Of a DNA stretch of 64,000 nt, positions 10,149-18,994 are shown one piece after another (position 1 is the first letter of the stretch; every line of letters begins with the position of its first letter). The DNA is from Burkholderiales bacterium. Lineage in GTDB: Bacteria > Pseudomonadota > Gammaproteobacteria > Burkholderiales > SG8-41. The notes beneath the pieces are model-generated. The model worked only from the letters and a program-made list of their open reading frames with translations, did not search any database and had not been told where the DNA came from. The translations under genes were made by a program, and so were the position numbers. The DNA lies in assembly GCA_019744975.1 (NCBI GenBank), contig JAIETP010000008.1, forward strand, positions 73,144 to 137,143. Direction: 5' to 3'.

Positions 10149-11603
10149 ATGAAACGTCCGACAGGCAACCCCCTCGATCTGCGCGCCTGGCTGGACACTG
10201 CCCGGTCCCTTGGCGAATTGAAGGATGTGCGCGGCGCGGACGCCAGGCTGGAGCTCGGCGCGATCAGCGAACTGAACGTCAAGATCGACGGTGCACCGGC
10301 GCTGCTGTTTGACGACATCCAAGGTTACCCCAAGGGTTTTCGTGTGGTGACCTGTACCACGGCGAGTCCGGCGCGGCTGTCCTCCATCCTGCGCCTGCCG
10401 GTGGAGCGCAGCCACCATAATCTGGTGCAGCAGCTGCGCGGACGGCCCAAGGGCTGGCAGGCCGAAGCACCGAAATACGAACCGGCGGTCGTTGAAACCG
10501 GCCCAGTGCTGGAGAATATCCAGGCCGGCAAGGGCGTCGACATCAATATTTTTCCGTCGCCGCTGTGGCATGAAAAAGACGGCGGCCCGTACATCGGCAC
10601 CGGCTGCTGTGTCGTAACGAAGGATTTTGATTCCGACTGGGTCAACGTCGGCACCTACCGCGTGATGGTGCATGACAAGAACCATGTCGGCCTGGACATG
10701 ATTCCCGGCAAACATGGCGCGATCCAGTACGACAAACACATGAAGGCCGGCAAACCCTTCCCGGTGGCCATCGTCATCGGCTGCGATCCCCTGGGTTACC
10801 TGATTTCCGGCATCGAAGTGCCCTTCGGCATGTGTGAATACAACTACATCGGCGCCATCCTTGGTGAGCCGGTGTCGGTGGTGCACGGCGAACTGACCGG
10901 GTTGCCGATACCGGCGGCCGCGGAAATCGTGCTTGAGGGTTATTGTTATCCCGGTGACGTCAAAATCGAAGGCCCCTTCGGCGAGTTTCACGGTTACTAC
11001 CCGGGCAAGGAGGGCACTGCGCCGGTGATGACCGTCGAGCGGGTGTATTACCGCAACAATCCGGTCATTGTCGGCAGCCCGCCGGCAAAACCACCGAATG
11101 ATTACTCCTATTCCAAGGCGGTGATGCGGTCAGCGTTGCTCTTTGATGCTTTGCTCGCCGCAGGCGTGCCAGACGTGGCGAGTGTGTGGGCGCATGAAAT
11201 CGGGGGCGCGCGCATGTTCAACGTGGTGGCGATCAAACAACGTTATGCCGGCCATGCCCGCCAGGCCGGCCACATCCTCAACCAGTGCGGTGTCGGTGCC
11301 TATATGTCGCGCTACACGGTGGTGGTGGATGAAGACATTGATCCGTCCAACCTGCAGGAAGTGATGTGGGCCGTCGCCACGCGCAGCGATCCTGAAGTGG
11401 ATATCGACATCATCAAGCGCGGCATGGGTTCGAAAAATGATCCGATGTTCGTTGCCTACCGCTACAACGCGCCGTACAACTCCAAGGCCATCATCGACGC
11501 CTGCCGGCCGTACGACCACTTGCATGAATTCCCTGCCGTGGCCGAAGCCAGCAAGGAATTGCAGGAAAAGGTAAAAGCCAAGTGGAAAGATCTGTTCAAA
11601 TAG
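10149..11603 (+). CDS. UbiD-family (prFMN-dependent) decarboxylase
   Basis: 484 aa. It starts 2 nt after the coxS-like stop. Its length and sequence are typical of the UbiD family as I recall it. No ubiX is adjacent. Confidence 0.85.
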   Translation: MKRPTGNPLDLRAWLDTARSLGELKDVRGADARLELGAISELNVKIDGAPALLFDDIQGYPKGFRVVTCTTASPARLSSILRLPVERSHHNLVQQLRGRPKGWQAEAPKYEPAVVETGPVLENIQAGKGVDINIFPSPLWHEKDGGPYIGTGCCVVTKDFDSDWVNVGTYRVMVHDKNHVGLDMIPGKHGAIQYDKHMKAGKPFPVAIVIGCDPLGYLISGIEVPFGMCEYNYIGAILGEPVSVVHGELTGLPIPAAAEIVLEGYCYPGDVKIEGPFGEFHGYYPGKEGTAPVMTVERVYYRNNPVIVGSPPAKPPNDYSYSKAVMRSALLFDALLAAGVPDVASVWAHEIGGARMFNVVAIKQRYAGHARQAGHILNQCGVGAYMSRYTVVVDEDIDPSNLQEVMWAVATRSDPEVDIDIIKRGMGSKNDPMFVAYRYNAPYNSKAIIDACRPYDHLHEFPAVAEASKELQEKVKAKWKDLFK

Positions 11604-11640
11604 CTGATTTATATAAGTTATTGATTATAAAGGATATTTT

Positions 11641-12600
11641 ATGAAACCCCTGATTATTGCTGCTCTCGCCGCATTCGCCCTGACCGCGCATGCCGCCGAT
11701 TACCCGACCAAGCCGATCCGTGTGCTGGTGCCCTTCGCGCCGGGCGGCGTGGTCGATACCTCCGCCCGCATTCTCACCAACAAGATCATGGAAAAACAGG
11801 GCTGGCAGTTCGTGGTCGACAACCGGCCGGGCGCCAATGGTTTCATCGCTGTCGGCACCACCGCGCGCGCGACCGCCGACGGTTACACGCTGCTCGCCGC
11901 GCACACCGGAGAATTTTCGGTGAACCCGATGTTGTTCAAGAACGTGCCGTACGACTTCAACCGTGATTTCACATCGATCATCATGGTCAGTGATGCGCCG
12001 ATGCTGGTGGTGGTCAATGCCGGCTCGCCGTACAACAACCTGAAGGATCTGATCGCCGGCGCCAAAGCCAAGCCGGGCCAGCTGACCTTCGGTTCACCGG
12101 GCACCGGTTCGGTGAACCACATGGCCACCGAATGGCTGGTGGCGGCGGCCGGCGCCAAGGCGCTGCATGTGCCGTACAAGGGCGGCGCGCCGGCAGTGTC
12201 GGCGGTGGCATCGAACGAAGTGGTGTTCACGGTTGCCGGTCTGCCCGGCGTGTTGCCGCACCTGCAGGCAAAACGCGTCAAGGTTCTGGGTGTGACCACG
12301 GCGAAACGTTCGCCGCAGGTGCCGGATTACATGTCGGCGCAGGAAGCCGGTATTCCCGGCGTTGATGCCTCGATCTGGGTCGGCCTGTTTGCGCCGAAAG
12401 GTACGCCGAAGGACATAGTCGCCAAACTCTACCGGGCCTCGGCCGACGTGCTGTCAATGCCCGATGTCAAACAGCGTTACGCATCGGTCGGCGGCGCGGA
12501 AACCACGACCATGGGCAGCGCCGAATTCAACAAACGCATCAGCAGTGAACTGGAGCGTTATCGCAAGGTGGCAGCGCAGGTGGGCATCCAGCAGCAGTAA
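11641..12600 (+). CDS. Bug/TctC-family periplasmic substrate-binding protein
   Basis: 319 aa with a signal peptide. YPTKPIRVLVPFAPGGVVDTSAR. Confidence 0.9.
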   Translation: MKPLIIAALAAFALTAHAADYPTKPIRVLVPFAPGGVVDTSARILTNKIMEKQGWQFVVDNRPGANGFIAVGTTARATADGYTLLAAHTGEFSVNPMLFKNVPYDFNRDFTSIIMVSDAPMLVVVNAGSPYNNLKDLIAGAKAKPGQLTFGSPGTGSVNHMATEWLVAAAGAKALHVPYKGGAPAVSAVASNEVVFTVAGLPGVLPHLQAKRVKVLGVTTAKRSPQVPDYMSAQEAGIPGVDASIWVGLFAPKGTPKDIVAKLYRASADVLSMPDVKQRYASVGGAETTTMGSAEFNKRISSELERYRKVAAQVGIQQQ

Positions 12601-12620
12601 ATGGGAATTCTGTGTTTGAA

Positions 12621-12649
12621 AAAATGGCCGGGTGATCCCCGGCCATTTT
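12621..12649. terminator. bidirectional hairpin terminator between convergent genes
   Basis: aaaatggccggg (12621-12632) pairs with cccggccatttt (12638-12649), with A and T runs on both sides. It sits between the Bug gene (+) and the pirin gene (-). Confidence 0.6.
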
Positions 12650-12683
12650 ATTCATAAAAACTACACAGACGGAGTGCCGCCGT

Positions 12684-13511
12684 TCACGCTGCCGGCCTGC
12701 CCAGCCGGCCCTGATGAAAATCCACAAACGCCCGGCGGATTTCGTCGGTCGTGTTCATCACAAACGGGCCGTGTCCGACGATGGGCTCGTTCAGCGGTTC
12801 GCCGCTCAACAACAGCAGTTTGGCATCCGTGCCGGCGGTGATGGCCACTTCGCCATTGCCTGGCTCGAATACCACCACCTCGTCGACATTCGCACTTTCC
12901 GCATCATTAATGCGGATTGTTCCTTGCAGCACCACCAGCGCCACGGTATGTCCGTCGGGCAAGGGCAGCACGACGCGACCACCGGCATTCAGCCGCAGAT
13001 CCCAGACATTGATCGGCGTGAACGTGTGTGCCGGACCGTGATACTCCTGATAATCTCCGGCCACCACGCGCAGCACGCCGGCACCGTTGTCCAGTGTCAC
13101 TGCAGGGATATCCTTGTTCAGCAGGGTTTGATAACCCGGGGGCGCCATTTCCATGGTGCCGCCGCTGCGCGCGAAATCGGACGAGTGATATTCCTCGTGC
13201 AGGATGCCGGACGCCGCCGTCATCCATTGCACATCGCCGGCGCCGATGCGGCCGCCGTTGCCTGCTGAATCGCGGTGCTCCACCTCGCCTTCATAGACGA
13301 TGGTGACGGTTTCAAAGCCGCGATGCGGATGTTCACCGACACCACGCTGGCGATCCGTCGGTGCGAATTTTGCCGGCCCGGCATGATCCAGCAGCAGGAA
13401 GGGGCTCAGTTCGCGGCCCAGCCTGTTGTACGAAAAGATCGAGCGCACCGGGAAGCCGTCGCCCACCCAGTGATGTTCGCCGGCACGATGGATTTCGCGG
13501 ATGGTTCTCAT
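12684..13511 (-). CDS. pirin-family protein (bicupin)
   Basis: The C-terminal 275 aa of track ORF 12684..14075 begin MRTIREIHRAGEHHWVGDGFPVRS and include GEHPHRGFETVTIV. The upstream 188 aa of that ORF are Arg/Pro/Gly-rich and overlap the patatin gene, so I rejected them. Confidence 0.88.
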   Translation of the reverse strand: MRTIREIHRAGEHHWVGDGFPVRSIFSYNRLGRELSPFLLLDHAGPAKFAPTDRQRGVGEHPHRGFETVTIVYEGEVEHRDSAGNGGRIGAGDVQWMTAASGILHEEYHSSDFARSGGTMEMAPPGYQTLLNKDIPAVTLDNGAGVLRVVAGDYQEYHGPAHTFTPINVWDLRLNAGGRVVLPLPDGHTVALVVLQGTIRINDAESANVDEVVVFEPGNGEVAITAGTDAKLLLLSGEPLNEPIVGHGPFVMNTTDEIRRAFVDFHQGRLGRPAA

Positions 13512-13603
13512 GCTGTTTCTCCGGGTTGGGGCGGGGCCCGGGCAATCCGCCGCAGTTTGCCGCCATGCCTGCATATGGCGGCTCCGTGGCGGATATTCAA
13601 CCC

Positions 13604-14707
13604 CTAGCGCGTCAGGTCGAAAATCTGCATGCCATCGGCGGGAATCAGCGCCTTGGTCCAGTCGGTATGGGCGCAGGTGCGGCGCACATCCTCCAGGCCG
13701 GCTTCCCACAGCTGGCGCACCGTGGCGCGGGAGAACTCGTAGTCCTTGGAATTGGTGGAGTGCCCGAAGCGGCGGTTGATCAGGTGGGCGATGGTGATCT
13801 GCCTTTTCCGCCCCACCAGTTTCTGCAGCATTTTGTAGTCCGGATCCTCGTGCAGGGCCGGCGGGATTTTTTCCAGCAGGCGGACAAGGGCGCGCCGCAT
13901 GTTTTCGAGTTCCTGGCCGCGTTTGGTGTTGAAACGCGTCTTGCTCGAATACTGGATGTCCTTGGCGCGTTCCTGCACCTGGTCCAGGTTGTCCGGAAGC
14001 TGGCCCCTGGCGCTGAACAGATCGACCTGCAGAATCAGCGCGCTGATGTCCGGCGCATCGTCGAGCACGTACCACAGCGGGGAGTTGGACACGATGCCGC
14101 CGTCCCAGTATTGCTCGCCGCCGATGGTGATGGCCGGAAAACCCGGCGGCAGTGAGCCGCTGGCCATGATGTGATCGACTGTGATGCCGTGGTCCCGGCT
14201 GTCAAAATAGACGGAGTTTCCCGTCGTCACATGGACCGCGCCGACGCTGAGCCGCACGCGTTGCCGGTGATTCAGCAAATCGAAGTCGATGAGTTCTTCG
14301 AGGGTTTTGCGCAGCGGGGCAGTGTCGTAGATGCTGAGTGCACCGGGAGTGCCGTCGGGGGCGAACAGCGGGGGCGGCATCCGCGGCGAAAAAAATCCTG
14401 GCACACCGAATGTTGCTGCCGCCAGCGCGCTCAGGCGGTTGAGGCCCGTGCGCAAGGGGTCGAAATCCGCAAGGGTTGCCAGCGGGTTGCCGGACGATAC
14501 CAGGTCCCAGAATTCGCGCAGGCGTTCCAGCCTGCGCTCCGGTGGGTTGCCGGCAATCAGCGCACCATTGACCGCGCCGATCGACACCCCGGTCACCCAG
14601 TCGGGGGCGATGCCGCGTTCCGTCATGCCTTCATAAACGCCGGCCTGGTAGGCGCCCAGCGCGCCGCCGCCCTGCAGCACCAGTACTGTGTGATCGTGTT
14701 TCGGCAT
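13604..14707 (-). CDS. patatin-like phospholipase family protein
   Basis: LVLQGGGALGAYQAGV (oxyanion Gly-rich loop) and GVSIGAVNG (GxSxG) are present. I prefer the start at ATG 14707 (MPKHDH). The track start at 14752 remains possible. Confidence 0.85.
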   Translation of the reverse strand: MPKHDHTVLVLQGGGALGAYQAGVYEGMTERGIAPDWVTGVSIGAVNGALIAGNPPERRLERLREFWDLVSSGNPLATLADFDPLRTGLNRLSALAAATFGVPGFFSPRMPPPLFAPDGTPGALSIYDTAPLRKTLEELIDFDLLNHRQRVRLSVGAVHVTTGNSVYFDSRDHGITVDHIMASGSLPPGFPAITIGGEQYWDGGIVSNSPLWYVLDDAPDISALILQVDLFSARGQLPDNLDQVQERAKDIQYSSKTRFNTKRGQELENMRRALVRLLEKIPPALHEDPDYKMLQKLVGRKRQITIAHLINRRFGHSTNSKDYEFSRATVRQLWEAGLEDVRRTCAHTDWTKALIPADGMQIFDLTR

Positions 14708-14847
14708 GTCCTGTTCTGTTCCAGAGTCCGCGTGCGTGATGCAGGGTTTCATGCCAATTTATCGCGTACCCGGGATCTTGCGCAATGACCGGCGCCCGCG
14801 GGCAGGGTGATTCATGGATTGTGGTCATTGACCTGTATTATTGTGCA

Positions 14848-15978
14848 ATGAGTGACGCGGCTTCCTGGCAACTGCAACTCGAGATCGAAGACGGGGCGGG
14901 CATACTGCGTCTCAGCGGGGTCTGGCGCCTGTCGAACCTGGCTGCGATATCCGCCGCACTGCGGTCGTCCGCCCTGGAGCCCCGCAAACGTTTTGTCCTG
15001 GACGGCAGCGCACTGCGCGAACTGGATACCGCGGCCGGCTTCATCCTCTATCGCCATCTTGCCGGCATCGGCTGCACCGAATCGATGGTGAGCCTGCGCG
15101 GTTTTACGCCGTCACATGAACGCCTGCTGGAACTGGTCTGCGAACGCATGACCTGCCCGCCCGCCGAAGCAAAAACCCGCTACCGGAACGCGGTGACCCG
15201 CATAGGCGCGGCGACATTCAACATCTGGCGCCTGCTGCGGGTGCATGTCGCCTTTGTCGGCGCCGTGGCATCCGAAATGCTTTTGTTGCTGCGCCGGCCG
15301 AAACTGTTCCGCGCCAAGGAAACGGTTTCACAGTTTGAAACCATCTGCCTTGATGCCATTCCCATCGCGGCGTTGGTGACGTTCCTGATCGGCGTGGTTT
15401 TTGCGTACCTGCTGGGGCTGCAGGCGCAGCGTTACGGCGCCAACATTTTTGTGGTTGATGGCGTGGGGCTGGCCATTTGCCGCGAACTGTCGCCGTTGCT
15501 GGTGGCGGTCATTGTTGCCGGGCGCTCGGGCGCCGCGTTCACCGCACAGATCGGCACGATGAAGGTGCAGGAGGAGATCGATGCAATCAGCACACTGGGG
15601 CTGTCACCGATCCAGGTGCTGGTGATCCCGCGGCTGGTGGCGATCATGGTGGCATTGCCGTTGCTGGTTTTTGTCGGCGATCTGGCGGGCATTGCCGGCG
15701 GCATGCTGGTTGCCGCCTGGCAACTCGATATTTCCCTGCCGACGTTTCTGGAACGGCTGCATGGCGTGCTGCCGATGAGCGCGCCGGTCGTCGGCCTGGT
15801 CAAGGCGCCGGTATTCGCGGCGTTCATCGCGATCATCGCCTGTCGCATGGGCATGCTGGTGGCGCGCGATGCGCGCAGCGTCGGCATCAATACCACGTCG
15901 ACGGTCGTGCAAAGCATCGTCTGGGTGATTGTGCTCGACGCCGTGTTTGCCATCGTGTTCCAGCACCTGGATATCTGA
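14848..15978 (+). CDS. MlaE-family ABC permease with N-terminal STAS domain
   Basis: The N-terminal ~110 aa are STAS-like (ILRLSGVWRLSNLAAI...VLDGSALRELDTAAGF) and are followed by the MlaE/YrbE permease core. I prefer the start at ATG 14848 (MSDAASW). Confidence 0.82.
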   Translation: MSDAASWQLQLEIEDGAGILRLSGVWRLSNLAAISAALRSSALEPRKRFVLDGSALRELDTAAGFILYRHLAGIGCTESMVSLRGFTPSHERLLELVCERMTCPPAEAKTRYRNAVTRIGAATFNIWRLLRVHVAFVGAVASEMLLLLRRPKLFRAKETVSQFETICLDAIPIAALVTFLIGVVFAYLLGLQAQRYGANIFVVDGVGLAICRELSPLLVAVIVAGRSGAAFTAQIGTMKVQEEIDAISTLGLSPIQVLVIPRLVAIMVALPLLVFVGDLAGIAGGMLVAAWQLDISLPTFLERLHGVLPMSAPVVGLVKAPVFAAFIAIIACRMGMLVARDARSVGINTTSTVVQSIVWVIVLDAVFAIVFQHLDI

Positions 15979-16770
15979 GTGGATACCAACATTACCCCCG
16001 GTGTTGCCCGGCAGGACGAGGTGCTGCAGGTCGATGGTGTGGTCACCCGTTTTGGTTCCACAGTGATACATGACGGTGTCAGCTTCAGTGTGCAGCGGGG
16101 TCAGGTGGTGGCGCTGATCGGCGGCAGCGGCACCGGAAAATCGGTGTTGGTAAAAGAAATCATCGGACTGCTGCGTCCCAAAGCCGGAACCGTGCGCCTG
16201 CTCGATACCGATGTCTGGAACTGTGATGCGGAAGCGCTGAGCGCGCTGCGCCGTCGCTTCGGCATGTTGTTCCAGGATGGCGCGCTGTTTTCATCGCTGA
16301 CCGTGGCCGAAAACATCGCCGTGCCGTTCCGTGAACATACCGACCTGCCGGCCGAACTGATCCCGCCGCTGGTCGGTTTCAAGCTGTCGCTGGTGGGGCT
16401 TTCACCGGAGACGGGTGCGAAGATGCCGGCCGAACTGTCGGGCGGCATGCGCAAGCGGGTTGCGCTGGCGCGTGCGCTGGCACTGGAGCCGGAAATCCTG
16501 TTTCTCGACGAACCGACCTCCGGGCTGGATCCGATCAGCGCCCGTGCTTTTGACCACCTGGTGCGGGTGCTGAGCGACAGCCTCGGGCTGACGGTCTTTA
16601 TCGTGACCCATGATCTGGATACACTGCTTTCCATCATCGACCGGGTAATCGTGCTGTCCGGTGGCAAAGTCATCGCCGACGGCACGGTGGATGAAGTGAC
16701 CCGGAGTGATGATCCCTGGATCAGGGACTATTTTTCAGCGCGGGCACCCGCCGCGCGCAAAGGAAGCTGA
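15979..16770 (+). CDS. ABC transporter ATP-binding protein (MlaF-like)
   Basis: Walker A GGSGTGKS, signature LSGGMRKR and Walker B LFLDEP. GTG start immediately after the permease stop. Confidence 0.9.
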   Translation: MDTNITPGVARQDEVLQVDGVVTRFGSTVIHDGVSFSVQRGQVVALIGGSGTGKSVLVKEIIGLLRPKAGTVRLLDTDVWNCDAEALSALRRRFGMLFQDGALFSSLTVAENIAVPFREHTDLPAELIPPLVGFKLSLVGLSPETGAKMPAELSGGMRKRVALARALALEPEILFLDEPTSGLDPISARAFDHLVRVLSDSLGLTVFIVTHDLDTLLSIIDRVIVLSGGKVIADGTVDEVTRSDDPWIRDYFSARAPAARKGS

Positions 16771-17714
16771 TGGAACCGGAAGCCAAATACACGCTGGTCG
16801 GCACCGTGGTGCTGGTGCTGATCGCGCTGATCGCGATTGCCGCCGTGTGGCTGAAGGGCGCCGGCGGGGAGCGCGATGACCGGTCGTTCAAGATCTACTT
16901 TGCGCGCCAGTCGCTGGAGGGACTGCAGGTCCGCAGTGACGTCAAGATGCAGGGCATCAAGGTCGGCTCGGTCGAACGGTTCCGCATTTCCGCCCGCCGC
17001 CCGGGTTCAGTCGAAGTCGTCATCCGTGTCGACAGTTCCGCGCCCATCCGCGAGAGCACCCGTGCCGCTGTGGAACGGCAGTTGCTGACCGGCATCGCGA
17101 GCATCCGCCTGGTCAACATTGACGAGAACAGCCCGTCGCTGACCGAAGTGCCTCCCGATGAAGCCTATCCGCTGATTGCCGAGGGCGAGTCCGAGTACAA
17201 ACTCACCGAATCCATGGCGCAGGTGGCGCAGCGCGCCGATGAAACAATGCAGCGCATCAACCTCGCGCTTTCGGACGAGAATCAGGTCGCGCTCAGCGAA
17301 ATCCTCATCAACCTGCGGCAGATTTCAGGGAGCATGAGCCGCAGCATGGCTGGGCTGGACAAAACACTGGCTTCGCTGGGCCATGCTGCTGACGAGGTAC
17401 GCAGCATGAGTGCCGTGGTCCGGGATGACGCGCACAAGCTGGCGCTGCGTTACGACACGCTGGGCGAGGAGTCGACCACGGCGGTCAGGGAAGTTTCGGC
17501 GGCGGTCCGCCAAATGAGTGCGGACGTCGCGCAGCTGTCGGGGCGCATGGATGCGCTGCTCAGCGACGGCAATGTCGAGTTGCGGGTGACCGCGCAGGAA
17601 CTGCGCAGCACGGCCGATGCGCTGGGTGCGGCGGCGCGCCGGCTCGGTGATCCGGGTCGGGCATTGTTCGGGCCGGCGAAGGGCAGCATGGGACCGGGGG
17701 AGGCGTCAAAATGA
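16770..17714 (+). CDS. MlaD/MCE-domain protein with long helical C-terminal region
   Basis: N-terminal TM helix, then an MCE-like domain (LQVRSDVKMQGIKVGSVE). Its start overlaps the upstream stop (ATGA-type coupling). Confidence 0.78.
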   Translation: MEPEAKYTLVGTVVLVLIALIAIAAVWLKGAGGERDDRSFKIYFARQSLEGLQVRSDVKMQGIKVGSVERFRISARRPGSVEVVIRVDSSAPIRESTRAAVERQLLTGIASIRLVNIDENSPSLTEVPPDEAYPLIAEGESEYKLTESMAQVAQRADETMQRINLALSDENQVALSEILINLRQISGSMSRSMAGLDKTLASLGHAADEVRSMSAVVRDDAHKLALRYDTLGEESTTAVREVSAAVRQMSADVAQLSGRMDALLSDGNVELRVTAQELRSTADALGAAARRLGDPGRALFGPAKGSMGPGEASK

Positions 17715-18313
17715 AACCGCTGGCCGCGATTACCGGAAGCCTGTTGCTGCTGCTGGGCGGTTGCGCATCCTTCGGGCCGCAGGAAGCACAACGCCATTAC
17801 GTCATTGAGGTGCCGCCGGCGCAGGCAAAAACGACCGCGACACCGCGCACGACGACACTGCTGGTCGCACCCGCCACGGTGTCCGGGTTTTACGAAACCC
17901 AGGACATTGTCTACAGCCGTGCCCCCGGTATGCGCGCCTATTACCAGTTCCATTCCTGGACGGAGCGCCCGGGCCGGCGCCTGTCCGAACTGCTGGTCAT
18001 GCGTCTGGAGCGCGCGGGATCGTTCAGCACCGTGGCCACGGTGGTCAGCGGCGTCAAAGGGCAGCTGGTGCTCGGCACACACCTCGCGGAGTTTTACCAT
18101 GATGCGGCCACGGCGCCCGGCAGTGTGAAAGTCACGATAACCGCGGAACTGACGGATCCGGTGCGGCGGGTGTTGCTGGCGCGGCGCAGCTTCGAACGAT
18201 CGGCACCGGCGGCGACCTACGACGCGCCGGGCGCGGTGCAGGCGTTCAACATGGCCGTGACCGCGCTGCTCGATGAAATCGCCGCCTGGGTGGAGGTTGC
18301 CGCGCCACGCTGA
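17711..18313 (+). CDS. ABC-type transport auxiliary lipoprotein (DUF330-like)
   Basis: Lipobox LLLLGGCAS, 200 aa. It is the fourth gene of the Mce-type operon, with a 4-nt overlap with the preceding gene. Confidence 0.72.
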   Translation: MKPLAAITGSLLLLLGGCASFGPQEAQRHYVIEVPPAQAKTTATPRTTTLLVAPATVSGFYETQDIVYSRAPGMRAYYQFHSWTERPGRRLSELLVMRLERAGSFSTVATVVSGVKGQLVLGTHLAEFYHDAATAPGSVKVTITAELTDPVRRVLLARRSFERSAPAATYDAPGAVQAFNMAVTALLDEIAAWVEVAAPR

Positions 18314-18441
18314 ATATCCGCCGGCCGGATCGCGTCTGTTCCGGGGAAATCCGCGCATACTGGCGAATCTACAGCGGTTCAACCCATGCATCTTTCTTTT
18401 TTCAACCCTTTTTTTCAATCTTTCTTTTTCGGGAATCCGCC

Positions 18442-18948
18442 ATGACCATATCCATGTACCAAGCCAGCGTGCCGCGTTTCATCAACATCCTGAGCAACCT
18501 GTCCGCCATCCTCGACAAGGCGCAGGCCCATGTCGACGCGCACAAGCTCGATCCGTCGGCGCTGACCACATACCGGCTGTATCCGGACATGTTCGCGATG
18601 GCGCGCCAGGTGCAGATCGCCTGTGACACGGCCAAGGGCGCGGTGGCGCGGCTGGCCGGCGTCGATATTCCCGTCAACGAGGACACTGAACAGACGCTGG
18701 CCGAACTGAAAAAGCGGATCGCCACGACCATTGCCTTCGTGCAGTCAATCCAGCCGGAACAGATCGACGGCACCGAGGACAACGAGATCACGCTCCGCCG
18801 CGGCGAAAAAAGCACGACTTACAAGGGCATGCAGTTCCTGCTCGGCCACGCGCTGCCGAATTTCTATTTTCACGTCGCCACCACCTACAACATCCTGCGC
18901 CACAACGGAGTGCCGGTCGGCAAGCGGGATTATCTGGGTAATCCATAA
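18442..18948 (+). CDS. DUF1993 domain-containing protein
   Basis: 168 aa. The N-terminus MTISMYQASVPRFINILSNLSAILDKA is typical of DUF1993 as I recall it. Confidence 0.75.
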   Translation: MTISMYQASVPRFINILSNLSAILDKAQAHVDAHKLDPSALTTYRLYPDMFAMARQVQIACDTAKGAVARLAGVDIPVNEDTEQTLAELKKRIATTIAFVQSIQPEQIDGTEDNEITLRRGEKSTTYKGMQFLLGHALPNFYFHVATTYNILRHNGVPVGKRDYLGNP

Positions 18949-18994
18949 ATATCGTTTAAAAACAAATACTTATATAACTCACTCTGGAGGGGTG

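Noticed and set aside
10092-10991. 299-aa minus-strand ORF.
   Set aside because: It is antisense to the UbiD-family gene and has shadow-ORF composition.
12684-14075. Full 463-aa ORF as a single gene.
   Set aside because: Only the C-terminal 275 aa are pirin. The N-terminal 188 aa are Pro/Arg/Gly-rich and overlap the patatin gene on the same strand in another frame.
13604-14707. Patatin as a CBASS CapV-type effector.
   Set aside because: No CD-NTase or other CBASS component is nearby. The gene is paired with a lipid-transport operon instead.
18731-18994. N-terminal 88-aa extension of the Bug ORF 18731..19957.
   Set aside because: It overlaps the DUF1993 gene in another frame. A GGAGG ribosome-binding site and a signal peptide begin at ATG 18995.
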